Both the position numbers and the translations under genes were made by a program. DNA of 64,000 nucleotides from Alphaproteobacteria bacterium. Lineage in GTDB: Bacteria; Pseudomonadota; Alphaproteobacteria; CACZRW01. The notes below the pieces were generated by a model. The model was not told the origin of the DNA and did no database searches. It saw nothing but the letters and a program-made list of their open reading frames with translations. The stretch is from assembly GCA_017507765.1 (NCBI GenBank), contig JAFWAG010000032.1, positions 20,919 to 84,918 on the forward strand, in the 5' to 3' direction. Shown here piece after piece: positions 46,395 through 57,000 of this stretch (its first letter is position 1; every line of letters starts with the position of its first letter).

Positions 46395-47659
46395 ACTTTA
46401 CGGCGCACAACAGTTAAAGGCGGGAGAAGTTTTTGGACTTCTCCTGTTTTTATATCTGAAAGCGCAAAGAAATCATACGGGATTAAAATGCTCTGCCCTG
46501 CTTTTCCGGCGGATATTTTGGGAACTTCCGTTTCATTGCGGGCGTCAATAACTTTGGTCATTTTTACCCTTATCGGGTCAAAACGATACGGCGAAAGAAA
46601 CTCTATTTCATCGCCTTGGCAAATACGGTTGCGGACTTCAAGCACAAGAGCATTTTCCGTAAAACCGGCAACCGAACCGACGCACAAAGCATTACCCGTA
46701 CTTAAAGTTGTTGTGTAGTTATAATCTTTTGCTTCCGGCATACCGAAGAAAAATCCTTGGGTATAGCCACGGCTTTGCATGGTTTCCAACTCTGCCATAA
46801 ATGTATCGGCTTGCCAAGCTTCGGGATTTTCCCGCCAAGCATCTATTGCTCGGCGATAAACTCTGGTGGTCATCGCAACATAATAATCGCTTTTGTTGCG
46901 GCCTTCGATTTTAAGACTGTCAATCCCCAAGGTCAGAATCTTATCCAAATGCGGAAGAAGGCATAAGTCTTTAGAGTTCATAAGATAGGTGCCTTTGTCA
47001 TCTTCTTCTATCGGAATATAGGCTCCGGGGCGTTCTTCCTCCTCCAAATAAACTTTATACTTCCAACGGCAAGAGTGGGCGCATTGTCCTTTATTCGCCG
47101 GACGGGAAGCCATAAAACTGGATAAAAGGCAACGTCCGGAATAGCTCATACACATTGCACCGTGGATAAACATTTCCAACCGGATATCAGGACAAAGTTT
47201 CCGAATCTCGGTTAATTCGGCAAAGCTTACCTCTCGCCCCAGAACGCACATCTTGGCGCCCATATCCTGCCAGAACTTGACCGTCAGCCAAGAACAAACA
47301 TTCGCTTGCGTAGATATATGCAAAGGTATATCCGGAGCGTGTTCTTTCATATACGCAAAAACTCCGGGGTCAGATACAATCAACCCGTCCGGCGACGCTT
47401 CCCTCACCGCTTTTAAAAACATGGGAAGCTTTGCAACGTCCGGATTGTGGGTAAACAAATTAAGCGTTAAATAAACCTTTTTGCCGATACCATGAGCATA
47501 GGATATGCCGGCAGAAAGCTCTTGCAACGGGAACTCTGAATGCGCACGCAAAGATAAGTCCGGAGCGCCCGCATAAACAGCATCGGCTCCATATAAAAAG
47601 GCGGTTTTTAAACGGCTTAAAGAACCGGCGGGAAGTAATAACTCTGAATTGCCAAGCAT
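46391..47659 (-). CDS. Peptidase U32 family protein (collagenase-like / RlhA-TrhP-type hydroxylase family)
   Basis: 422 aa; N-terminal ELLLPAGSLSRLKTAFLYGADAVYAG; conserved Cys cluster (CMSYSGRCLLSS...GQCAHSCRW). Confidence 0.8.
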   Translation of the reverse strand: MLGNSELLLPAGSLSRLKTAFLYGADAVYAGAPDLSLRAHSEFPLQELSAGISYAHGIGKKVYLTLNLFTHNPDVAKLPMFLKAVREASPDGLIVSDPGVFAYMKEHAPDIPLHISTQANVCSWLTVKFWQDMGAKMCVLGREVSFAELTEIRKLCPDIRLEMFIHGAMCMSYSGRCLLSSFMASRPANKGQCAHSCRWKYKVYLEEEERPGAYIPIEEDDKGTYLMNSKDLCLLPHLDKILTLGIDSLKIEGRNKSDYYVAMTTRVYRRAIDAWRENPEAWQADTFMAELETMQSRGYTQGFFFGMPEAKDYNYTTTLSTGNALCVGSVAGFTENALVLEVRNRICQGDEIEFLSPYRFDPIRVKMTKVIDARNETEVPKISAGKAGQSILIPYDFFALSDIKTGEVQKLLPPLTVVRRKV

Positions 47660-48171
47660 TATTCCGTCACCTTATTTTTAAGAAAAGTTATCAGATTTTT
47701 ACAGCCCTTTTCTATCGTTTGGTACATACGCTCAAAACCGTCTGCTCCGCCGTAATACGGGTCATGGACATCGTTTCCGGCTTCATCAGGCACAAAGTCC
47801 ATAAATAATTTAAGTTCGGCTTTTTTAAACTCTTCTCCATAATGCGGACGAAGGCTTTTAAGCTCGCTAAAAACGTTTTCTTCCATTGCCAAAATTAAAT
47901 CATAATCCGCAAAATCATCGTCATCTATCTTGCGGACGATGAAGGAACTTAAATCTATGCCTCGGGAAGCCGCCGTATTTATGGTTCTTTCGTCCGGAGG
48001 AAGCCCTTTGCGGTAAGCCATGGTTCCCGCCGAAGCAACTTCTATCTCACCTGCCAAGCCTTCTTCTTGTAAAAAACGGCGGAAAACGCCTTCCGCCATG
48101 GGAGAGCGGCATATATTCCCAATACAGACAAATAATATTTTCATTGCTTTCTCTAAATATCTACTAAGCAT
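47659..48171 (-). CDS. Low-molecular-weight protein tyrosine phosphatase
   Basis: 170 aa; P-loop ILFVCIGNICRSPMAE (CX5R); DP dyad later in the sequence. Confidence 0.8.
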   Translation of the reverse strand: MLSRYLEKAMKILFVCIGNICRSPMAEGVFRRFLQEEGLAGEIEVASAGTMAYRKGLPPDERTINTAASRGIDLSSFIVRKIDDDDFADYDLILAMEENVFSELKSLRPHYGEEFKKAELKLFMDFVPDEAGNDVHDPYYGGADGFERMYQTIEKGCKNLITFLKNKVTE

Positions 48172-48233
48172 CTATTGATATTTTTTAAAATAAATCTCAT
48201 ATTATAGCTACAATTTTTTATGAGGAGAAAATT

Positions 48234-48968
48234 ATGTCTGACTTAAACGCAAGAGATTTTGCTACCCAAAGAACTACAGGAATGGCTATTGATCAAGGTT
48301 TGCGCAGTTATATGTTGAAAGTATATAACTATATGACAACCGGACTTTTAATGACGGCTTTTGTCGGTTATTTAATCGCTAACACGCCTTTGTTCAATTT
48401 GTTCTATACCTTGCAGGGTAATGTTTACACCTTGAACGTATTGGGCTGGATTGCCGTAATATCACCCTTGATTTTGGTGTTTGCAATTAATCCGGTAATT
48501 GCTTCCGGACGCATGAAAGCGGCGTTCTTGGTCTTTATGCTTTTTTCGGCTTTGATGGGCGTATCTTTGGCTAATGTCTTGCTTGCTTATACCGGCGTAA
48601 GCGTAGCCAGAATCTTCTTTATCACCGCTGCTATGTTTGCGGCGATGAGCCTTTATGGCTATACCACCAAAAAAGATTTAACCGGTATGGGTTCCTTCCT
48701 GATGATGGGACTTATCGGTATTATTATTGCCATGGTGGTAAACTGGTTCTTGAAAAGCCCTGCGCTTTATTACGGTATATCGATTATCGGCGTATTCATA
48801 TTTGTCGGCTTGACCGCCTATGATACCCAGAAAATCCGCCAGATGTACTATGCCGGTGATGCCCAGAACGTTATGATGTCAAAAGCGGTTATGGGGGCTT
48901 TGTCCTTATATCTGGATTTCATAAATCTGTTCTTTATGCTGATTTCTTTGTTCGGCGACCGCAGATAA
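48234..48968 (+). CDS. Bax inhibitor-1/YccA family inner-membrane protein
   Basis: 244 aa; 7 TM; typical BI-1 layout with cytoplasmic N-terminus and conserved central helices. Confidence 0.75.
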   Translation: MSDLNARDFATQRTTGMAIDQGLRSYMLKVYNYMTTGLLMTAFVGYLIANTPLFNLFYTLQGNVYTLNVLGWIAVISPLILVFAINPVIASGRMKAAFLVFMLFSALMGVSLANVLLAYTGVSVARIFFITAAMFAAMSLYGYTTKKDLTGMGSFLMMGLIGIIIAMVVNWFLKSPALYYGISIIGVFIFVGLTAYDTQKIRQMYYAGDAQNVMMSKAVMGALSLYLDFINLFFMLISLFGDRR

Positions 48969-48986
48969 AAAATCCTTAAGAAAAAG

Positions 48987-49017
48987 AAAGCCCCCGTATG
49001 GTTTGCGGGGGCTTTTG
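48987..49017. terminator. Rho-independent terminator between convergent BI-1 and histidine phosphatase genes
   Basis: AAA-GCCCCCG-tatggtttg-CGGGGGC-TTTTGCTTT. Confidence 0.6.
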
Positions 49018-49019
49018 CT

Positions 49020-49652
49020 TTATAAAGAAACAAAATCTTTCGGCTTTAGGTTCCATTCATCGCATAGCCAGCGTGTTCCGTCAAAGCGGAAAATACATAA
49101 ACAGCCGGTACCGACTTTAATATCATGAGAGGCGGAAAAAGCCGCAAAGTCTCCGGTTATATACGGAGCAAAGCGGGCAATACCGTTACTGGTAACCGCC
49201 AAGACCGTCGAGTTTCCCGAACTTAGCAAACCGGAGGCAAAATCCTGCCAGTTTTGAATAATTTCTGCCGGATTAACCTGCCAACCTTCGGGGACTATAG
49301 CCTCTTTATTCCAAGCAGAGATAGCGTCTTCGCCAATGCGGGAAATAACCTCTTCTTCGGTTTTGTTTTCATCGGGACCGTAATCAATTTCGGTAAAAAT
49401 ATCCAAGGGCTTAACCGTTTGGACAAGGTTCATTTCCTTTAAAGCTCCTTGGGCGGTTTCCATGGTTCGCTTTAACGGTGCGGAATACGTTACCTCAGGA
49501 ATTAAGTTACGGCTGAACAGATATTTACCAAGCAAGCTTGCCTGTTCCTGTCCGCTTGCCACCAAAGGAATATCTGTGCGGGCGCCTACTCTGGTTGGAG
49601 TTTCGCCTTTGGAAAACGTGTTGCCGTGACGAGCAATAATTAATGTGGTCAT
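49020..49652 (-). CDS. Histidine phosphatase superfamily protein (phosphoglycerate mutase-like)
   Basis: 210 aa; catalytic LIIARHGNT (RHG motif). Confidence 0.7.
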   Translation of the reverse strand: MTTLIIARHGNTFSKGETPTRVGARTDIPLVASGQEQASLLGKYLFSRNLIPEVTYSAPLKRTMETAQGALKEMNLVQTVKPLDIFTEIDYGPDENKTEEEVISRIGEDAISAWNKEAIVPEGWQVNPAEIIQNWQDFASGLLSSGNSTVLAVTSNGIARFAPYITGDFAAFSASHDIKVGTGCLCIFRFDGTRWLCDEWNLKPKDFVSL

Positions 49653-50485
49653 ACAAACTCTCCATGTTCGGCAAATAATGCTTCGGCACGGATAATGTCT
49701 TCCGGAGAATCAACTCCGCTCATACTGCCGTAGCCTTTATAATCAACTTCAACAACCTTTACTTTCATGCCGTTTTCCAAAAAGCGGAGCTGTTCCAATC
49801 CTTCCAGTTTTTCATAATAAGATTCCGGTAAAGAGGCAAAAGCATCTAAAGCCTTATGGCTGTAACCATAAAGTCCGACATGACGCAAAACCGGAGATTT
49901 TTCTTCGCTTTCACGCAGGCCGTCTTCTTTACGCAGAGCCGGTATGATATTCTTGGAAAACCAAATGGCGTAACCGTCTTTGTCAACAACCGCCGTAGTA
50001 CCGCTGAACGGGGTAAGTTTTTTGCTTTCCCGCAATTGGGACAGCTCCTCCCATGACATACGAACGCAAGGAGTAACAACTTCCAAAGCATTATCCTTCG
50101 TATATGCCTCGATAAGAGCCTTGACAAACCATGGCGGGCACATCGGGTTATCGCCTTGCAAATTAACGATAAAGCGCGGAGAAATATTAAGTTTGGAAAT
50201 TACTTCTCTGACCCTGTCGGTTCCGGTTTTGCAGCTTTGAGAAGTCAATACGCATTCCATATTACGTTCTTGGCAAAAAGAAACTATCCGTTCGTCTTCG
50301 GTGGCGATTACTGCCCGACAGCCGGAAAAACCTTCGGCGGCTTTGGCGGCTATTTCCCAAACCCGAATCAGCATCTCTTTCCCTGCAATTTTCGCCAAAG
50401 GCTTGCCAGGAAAACGAGTCGAAGCGTAACGTGCCGGAATGGCTATTAAAATATCCGTATCCATAGATTTTCTCCTTAGATTCAA
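49649..50485 (-). CDS. kdsB: 3-deoxy-manno-octulosonate cytidylyltransferase (CMP-Kdo synthetase)
   Basis: 278 aa; IPARYASTRFPGKPL signature; typical KdsB length; 4-bp overlap with the downstream gene. Confidence 0.85.
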   Translation of the reverse strand: MNLRRKSMDTDILIAIPARYASTRFPGKPLAKIAGKEMLIRVWEIAAKAAEGFSGCRAVIATEDERIVSFCQERNMECVLTSQSCKTGTDRVREVISKLNISPRFIVNLQGDNPMCPPWFVKALIEAYTKDNALEVVTPCVRMSWEELSQLRESKKLTPFSGTTAVVDKDGYAIWFSKNIIPALRKEDGLRESEEKSPVLRHVGLYGYSHKALDAFASLPESYYEKLEGLEQLRFLENGMKVKVVEVDYKGYGSMSGVDSPEDIIRAEALFAEHGEFV

Positions 50486-50566
50486 TTTGTTTCAGGATAC
50501 TTTAAAAACTATGGAAGACAAGAATAAACATTGTTCCGGTCTGACAAATATTTCCGCATGGTGATT

Positions 50567-51463
50567 TTAGTTTTGTTGAGCTTCAACCTGATTGCGGCCA
50601 TTTCTTTTCGCCCGATACAAAGCTTCGTCTGCACGCTCGAAAAGGCTTAAGAAACTCTCGCCGTCTTCTGCCAATAACTGCGATACGCCGATGCTGACCG
50701 TAACCTTTATAACTTGCTCGGAAAAAACAACCTCGCTTGCTTCTATTTTCTTTCGGATTCTTTCCGCAACTTTTAAAGCTCCCTCTATGTCGGTATCCGG
50801 AAGTAAAATCGCAAACTCCTCTCCACCTACTCTGGCGAAAGAGTCTATTTCTCGCAAACAGCTTTCCGTTACCTTGGCAATGTGCTTTAAAACCATATCT
50901 CCGGCTAAATGACCATAGGTGTCATTAACCTTTTTAAACCAGTCAATATCAAACATCGCTCCGCTTAACGACTTTTTATGGCGGCGAGCTCTTTGGACTT
51001 CTTTTTTGGCGGTGCCGTCAAAACAACGGCGGTTGCAAATGCCCGTTAAAACATCGGTGCCGGCTTGGCTGAGTAGCTTGTTTTCCGTTGCCTTTTGTTC
51101 GGAAATGTCCATGAAGGAAGTCAAAAGGCAGTCATAGCCACCAAACATAATTCTGGTTACCGAAATCAAAGCCCAAAAAGGTTCGTTACGGCCGATTTTC
51201 ATCTTTACTTCCAAGCCTTCTACGGAACCGTTTTTAATAACTCTGCCGATTATTTTTGTTTGCTCACGAAGGTTTTCATAAAGATACGGATACCTATCGC
51301 CCAAAACCTTGGATACCGGACGGCCGAAAAACTTTCCGGCTTTCGCATTAAGAAATAACACCTCCCCGTTGTCTAAACGAGTGATGATAATCGGCACCAA
51401 AGAAGCATTTAATACCGCAAGCCAGTTTTTACCTTCGTCAATAGAATTAGTAGCCATTTGCAA
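50567..51463 (-). CDS. PAS-domain diguanylate cyclase (GGDEF)
   Basis: 298 aa; PAS-like N-terminus; GGDEF core FDIDWFKKVNDTYGHLAGD...RVGGEEFAILL. Confidence 0.8.
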   Translation of the reverse strand: MQMATNSIDEGKNWLAVLNASLVPIIITRLDNGEVLFLNAKAGKFFGRPVSKVLGDRYPYLYENLREQTKIIGRVIKNGSVEGLEVKMKIGRNEPFWALISVTRIMFGGYDCLLTSFMDISEQKATENKLLSQAGTDVLTGICNRRCFDGTAKKEVQRARRHKKSLSGAMFDIDWFKKVNDTYGHLAGDMVLKHIAKVTESCLREIDSFARVGGEEFAILLPDTDIEGALKVAERIRKKIEASEVVFSEQVIKVTVSIGVSQLLAEDGESFLSLFERADEALYRAKRNGRNQVEAQQN

Positions 51464-51513
51464 ACCTTTAATATTATGTTATAAAAAGTTATTCATACCC
51501 TTTTTAAGGGCTT

Positions 51514-51774
51514 TTGTGCGTATTCTCCAGAAAGGATAGCAAAATGTTTGATAACTCCAAGATAGAAAAAATAACAGTACAGCCCGGTGATGCTTTTATT
51601 AAAGTCGGCGGCATAGATTCCGTATGGAAAGTGGATAGAATATTGGAATATACAGACCTTCCGCCCCATATACGTTTGATAGAAAACGGCGGAAATAACC
51701 GTACCGCAACGGTTGCTTTGTCCGCTTTGATGGATACCAAGAGTTGGCTGCCGGTTAAAAATCATGACTTTTAA
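51514..51774 (+). CDS. Small hypothetical protein (true start possibly Met at 51544)
   Basis: 86-aa ORF with coding-like composition in an otherwise gene-free gap; convergent with ligT, with abutting stops. Confidence 0.3.
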   Translation: MCVFSRKDSKMFDNSKIEKITVQPGDAFIKVGGIDSVWKVDRILEYTDLPPHIRLIENGGNNRTATVALSALMDTKSWLPVKNHDF

Positions 51775-52323
51775 TCAGATTAAGCTTAAAGCGTAACGAG
51801 CTTCAACCTGATAAAAAGCACCTTCTCCGTTCTGATGGTGATGAGTGGAGAATAAGGTAAAATATTCGACAGTATAATCTTTCGTATGGAAAAGATTATT
51901 ATGGGCAATGTATTCTTGAGCATCAACCATAGAGGTTCCTTTTAACTTTGCTATGCGGACATGAGCATGAAACTTATGCCTATCCGGCGGAACTCCGCAA
52001 AAAGAAACCGCTTTATCAATTTTATTATGCAAAATATCAAGTTCCGTATAGTTGGAAACTCCCGTCCATAAATCTCTGGGGTCGTTACCCGTGGAAAAAA
52101 TACCTATTTCCGTAAACGCCAAGCCAAAAGCAGGAGCCCGTATCCGGCTTAAAGACGCATGAATATCTGCGGCCATAGGTTCTTCCACTTCGCCGATAAA
52201 ACGCAAATCAAGATGCAGATTTTCTTTCTTTATCCAATGAGCGTTCGGAACTCCGCCACGCAAAGTGTAAATATGTTCTTTGATATCTTCCGGCAGTTCC
52301 AGCCCTACAAACAAACGTATCAT
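51775..52323 (-). CDS. LigT/ThpR-like 2H phosphoesterase homolog with atypical HxD / HxR in place of the two HxT motifs
   Basis: 182 aa; aligns along its length to LigT (MIRLFVGLELPEDIKEHI...NLHLDLRFIGEVEE...FHAHVRIAKLKG); both His are conserved but both Thr are replaced. Confidence 0.55.
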   Translation of the reverse strand: MIRLFVGLELPEDIKEHIYTLRGGVPNAHWIKKENLHLDLRFIGEVEEPMAADIHASLSRIRAPAFGLAFTEIGIFSTGNDPRDLWTGVSNYTELDILHNKIDKAVSFCGVPPDRHKFHAHVRIAKLKGTSMVDAQEYIAHNNLFHTKDYTVEYFTLFSTHHHQNGEGAFYQVEARYALSLI

Positions 52324-52342
52324 TTTTTTACCCTTCTCAAGT

Positions 52343-53059
52343 TTACTTGGCGGTAAAAGGCTCTAAAAGCTTTTTTATATACGGCATAATATTATTAACG
52401 ATTACCTTTACCCCTTCTTCATTCGGGTGCGCTCCGTCGGCAAGTAAAAGCTCTGCGGCATTCGGAACGTCCAGAACTCCCTGCATAAAGAAAGGATAGA
52501 AAATAACGTTATGCTTTTTGGCTTGGCGTTCGTAAAGGTCTTCAAATTGGTCGGTATAAGCATTGCCGAGTCCTTTGGGTGCTTGCATTCCGGCAAACAA
52601 AATGCTGATTCCTCGGTCTTCCAAAATGCTTAAAATATTATCCAGATTCTTTTCCGTTGTCGCAGGAGGGTGTCCTCTTAAAGCATCGTTTACGCCAAGT
52701 TCGACAATCGCAATATCCGGATTATACTCTATCGCCGCATTTAAACGGCTTAAACCGCCGGCAGAGGTATCTCCGCTTATTCCGGCGTTCTTTACCACAA
52801 CATCATAGCCGTCTAAACGTAACGCTTGCTCTAACTGTGCGGCAAAAGACATATTTTCCGGAAGGCCGTAACCGGCGGTAAGACTGTCCCCCAACGCAAC
52901 AACTTTTATCTGCCGAACAACTTTTTGCGCCGGCTCTACATCAGAATAAATCGTCCGGTTTTTCATATATTCGGTAAAGAAAACAAAACCCGCAACTGCG
53001 GCTAAAATCACAATCAGAATAAGGCGCTTGATTAAAATCCGCTTGGCAATCGGTGTCAT
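52343..53059 (-). CDS. SGNH/GDSL hydrolase (TesA-like lipase/arylesterase), membrane-anchored
   Basis: 238 aa; N-terminal TM; VVALGDSLTAGYG block I; GxND block; DGAHP block V. Confidence 0.75.
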   Translation of the reverse strand: MTPIAKRILIKRLILIVILAAVAGFVFFTEYMKNRTIYSDVEPAQKVVRQIKVVALGDSLTAGYGLPENMSFAAQLEQALRLDGYDVVVKNAGISGDTSAGGLSRLNAAIEYNPDIAIVELGVNDALRGHPPATTEKNLDNILSILEDRGISILFAGMQAPKGLGNAYTDQFEDLYERQAKKHNVIFYPFFMQGVLDVPNAAELLLADGAHPNEEGVKVIVNNIMPYIKKLLEPFTAK

Positions 53060-53078
53060 TTAATGCTCCTTTACTATA

Positions 53079-54056
53079 TCAGGTAACTTCGGTAACTGCT
53101 CTTATATTACCTTCGCGGTTTATTTGTACAACCCTTAACTTTTCATGCATTTCCTTGATGGTTTTGGCTCGGTCAATGGTCGGATAACTATGCAAAATAC
53201 GGTCTGTAAAGGCTTTGTAGGCTGCTTCGGAGTTTTCTGCATGAATGGTCGCAAAACAGTTTTCATGGCCGGAACCCATAAGCTCCCATAAAGCACCCGC
53301 ATTTGCCGTGGAAATCTCTCCGCCGATAATTGCGTCCGGCGTAAAACGAACAACCAAGTCAATAATCTTCGGATAGGTTAAATTGTTGGTTTGCTCCGTT
53401 CGGGATAAAACCAAGTGAACTCGGTTTAAATGAGGGACTATCAATTCGCGCGTATCTTCAATCGTAACAATACGCTTACTGGGTTCCAAGATTTTTAAAA
53501 GATTGTTCAAAAACGTTGTTTTACCGGTTGCCGTTGCACCGCTGACCAAAATATGGTCGCCACGTTTTATCGAAAACATAAGACGTTCAAACGGGTCTTC
53601 CGGTTCCGCCATATGCGCCAACGGATTTAATTGATGAAGCTTTTCACCTTTGCGAAGACCGTAATCGCCAAAGCCAAACTTTACATCTTCGGTATGAACA
53701 CGCACACACATTGCAACACCGCCGGTCAAATCTTCATTGTCATACATGACATTACGACCGGCAATTGCCGAAAAACGGTGGTCTCCGGGAAGGGTAGCAT
53801 AAACTACCGGCGTTCCTCTGTCCGGATCAAAGGGAAGTTCATACGTATTCGCAATAATATGAATAATATCATTTAAATATGTACGGGAAAGGTTTGCATC
53901 TTGCTGACAAACCCAAGGAATAGCTCTGCGGCCACGCAAACGGAGCCAGATTTCCCCCGGGCGGTTAACCGATATTTCTTCCACATTATCTTGGCTGTAC
54001 CAATAGGAAAGATAACGCAAAGTAGATTCAAGAACTTTAAAATTAGAATCCGTCAT
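53079..54056 (-). CDS. virB11: Type IV secretion ATPase VirB11
   Basis: 325 aa; Walker A ILVSGATATGKTTFLNNLL; Asp/His boxes; typical VirB11 length; 39 bp downstream of virB10. Confidence 0.9.
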   Translation of the reverse strand: MTDSNFKVLESTLRYLSYWYSQDNVEEISVNRPGEIWLRLRGRRAIPWVCQQDANLSRTYLNDIIHIIANTYELPFDPDRGTPVVYATLPGDHRFSAIAGRNVMYDNEDLTGGVAMCVRVHTEDVKFGFGDYGLRKGEKLHQLNPLAHMAEPEDPFERLMFSIKRGDHILVSGATATGKTTFLNNLLKILEPSKRIVTIEDTRELIVPHLNRVHLVLSRTEQTNNLTYPKIIDLVVRFTPDAIIGGEISTANAGALWELMGSGHENCFATIHAENSEAAYKAFTDRILHSYPTIDRAKTIKEMHEKLRVVQINREGNIRAVTEVT

Positions 54057-54095
54057 AACGTAACTCTCCCGCTTTCTATTACCTTAGTCAAGCTA

Positions 54096-57000
54096 TCAGA
54101 AAAGCCGAGGTACAGGATTCCCCGCAGAAGAAGGACTACGCTGACCTTCCGGCAAGGGAGGAGGTTCATAAACCGGCACACTGCTCTGTTTCGGCTGACT
54201 GGGAGCTATCAACGGAACTTCGTTAGGATTCTTCCGTTTAGCCAAAGAACCGGAACCTGCTCCACCGGCTACCGTTGCGGCGTTACCGGGCTGATAAACC
54301 GTCGTGGTTTTAACCTGAGAGCTGCTGCCTGCCAAAGGACGCTCCGGCTTCTTATCCGCAATCAACGGACGCTCCTCTTTGATTATATCATCATCAATAG
54401 AGTTAGCAGCATCCGGAGAACGTATCCACAAATCCTGATTAGCAAATGCCGTAAGCTTGGTTCCCGAAGGTATGGTAACCACGGTCATAATATCCGAGTA
54501 ATCTTTCAACATCTGCTGAATAATGGAGCTTGATGTATCCGTCCAGCTATCACGAGCATCTTCATACGCTTCCTGACGGTCGGACTTCGCAGACTCTCCG
54601 CCATAGGCTCCCGGTACAGGCTTGCTGCTAGAAGCCATAGCAATTGTAATGGCATCGGCGGCAATTTCACTGACCAGAGGCGTGAAGTATTTATCAAACA
54701 AGCGACGGTCAAGATATCCCGGAATGCCTCCACGGCCTTGGGCGTCTCCGCTTATACCTTCAAAGACAAAGGCAATGCCGTCAGGACGAATCAAGCGTTC
54801 CCAAGTAATATCAACCTTGGATACAAAGCCGCCACCTTGCGAATCTCCGCCAGAGACTCCAATCAAACGGCTACCCGCAGGAATGACTATGTTTCTTCCG
54901 TCTTCGGCATAGATATTTCTTTCCACAATCGCCGTAACCGGAGTATCCGTAAAGCGGGAATCAATCGTGTTAACCAAGACTGCCGGTATAGCTTTGCCTT
55001 TGACAATCAAACGATTCATCTTCACAGGAAGACTGGAAACCGATTTCTTAATACCTAAGCTTGACCAATCTTCATCTTCCGTGTTGTTTTTAAAGTTCGG
55101 TGCCTTGAAATGTCCCCATTCAACATTAGCTCTGCGGTCTTGCTGTAAAGCCATAATTCTTCTGACCCGAGAGCTGTCATACCGTTCTCCGGGGCCAAAT
55201 CCGCCGCCTTTACCAAGGTTCTTATTACCGTAGTCGCCGAAAGCTCCTAGATTATCAAATACCGGCGGAGTTTTCGAAGCGTCTCCGGCAATCGAAGAAG
55301 CCATAGATTGCTGCGACGGAAGACGAGAAATGCTTCCTTCGTTACGAGCAAACGACCGTATCTTTTCGGCAATGACGTCTTTAACCGAAGCAACAACTTC
55401 GCCAAGAGTATTCAAAAGCTCGCCGTCTTCATTGAGACTGCCGACAACAACGCCGTCCATATCGACAACATCTCCGTTTTCGTCAAGCCAACCGATATTA
55501 TTTCCTTCGGTATCAACCAAGAAATCTTTTTCCGAAACGGTACCGATATGACGGCCTCTGGCATCAACAATGGAACCATCAGCCATGACTCTGCCGTCAA
55601 TTACGTTGCCTTTTAAATCAACCAATTCGCCGTCTTCGTTAACAAAGCCAACAACTTTGCCGTCTTTGTTCACAATCGCTCGACGAGTGTCTGTATAGCC
55701 GATGACCTTACCGGAACTATCGGTTAAGACCCTGCTCTTGGGTGCGACACCTATTCTTTTGCCCTGTAAGTCAACTACGGTACCGTCTTCGACAACTCGC
55801 CCAACAATCTTTCCGACTTTGTCACGAACCATGCCGTCAGCACCGACTGTACCCATAAGAACGCCGTTTTTGTTGTATGCTTTCTTGCCGCCGAAGCCAC
55901 CCAAAGCTTGTTCCACAGTGGAAACAACTCCGATAGTCTCTCCTTTAGCATTAACAACAACGCCGCTTTCCAAACAATTACCGATGACACGTCCGGTCGC
56001 ATCACGGACAGTTCCGTCTTCCCAGATAATACCGCTAAAGTTTCCGGTTTTGCCGATAACCGGCTGACCGACAAGACGCATAGCCTTTTTAGGCTGGAAT
56101 GCTGTAGTTGAGGCAACGCCAATTTTCTTACCAAGCATATCTCTTACTACACCGCTGATTTCAGCTCTGCCAACGATTTTATCGCCGGAAGCACGGACTA
56201 ATCCGTCTTTACCAATCGTGCCGACTGCAAGCCCGCTAGAAGCTAAGACCCGACGGCCGACAAGTTCGTTGCGAATATCAAGATTAGAGTTGGGAACAAA
56301 ACCAAGCAATTTGCCGGAAGTGTCTTTTGCGATGCTCTGCGCATCAACCGAACCGATAACTGCACCGTCCGAAAGAATCATACCGTCTTCGTCTATGGTA
56401 CCGATTACTTTTCCTTCCCGACCGTAAACTTTCAAGGCAAGCATCTTAGAAACTGCCTTGGCAGGAACAAAGGCTATAGGACGACCTTGGGAATCTTTGA
56501 CGATTGCCCGACTGTTAACTGTGCCTAAAGCCGTACCCGTCTTGGTAATCAAATTACCTGTATCATTTATGGTACCGACCGCTAAACCGGTAGAACCGTA
56601 TGCGGTAAGTCCGCTGTACGGATTTTTCATAACCGCAGGAACGAAACCAATAATTGTACCTTCGGCATTATGAGCAATACCTTTGCCATCTACGGTACCC
56701 AACGGAGCATCAGAACTATCCCTAACAACACCTTCGGCATCAACTTTACCTAAGACTGCTCCTCTGGCATTGACAACGGATTTATCAATGTAGGAACTGC
56801 TTACCTTCATGGAAACGTATCCTAATACTTCTCCCATAGTGTTGCGGAACAAGCCATGTTCATCAACCAGACCTACGGTATTACGCTCTCCGTCCAAAAT
56901 CTTGCCCGTTGTATCCGGAATACCGATTAAGTTACCTTCGCTGTCATAAACCGTGCTAGCATCTTTTGAGCGAACAAAGCCAATTACTTCACCGGAGAAG

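Noticed and set aside
53901-54533. 210-aa Arg-rich plus-strand ORF spanning the virB11/virB10 junction
   Set aside because: It overlaps two strongly supported minus-strand genes and has biased Arg/Thr composition.
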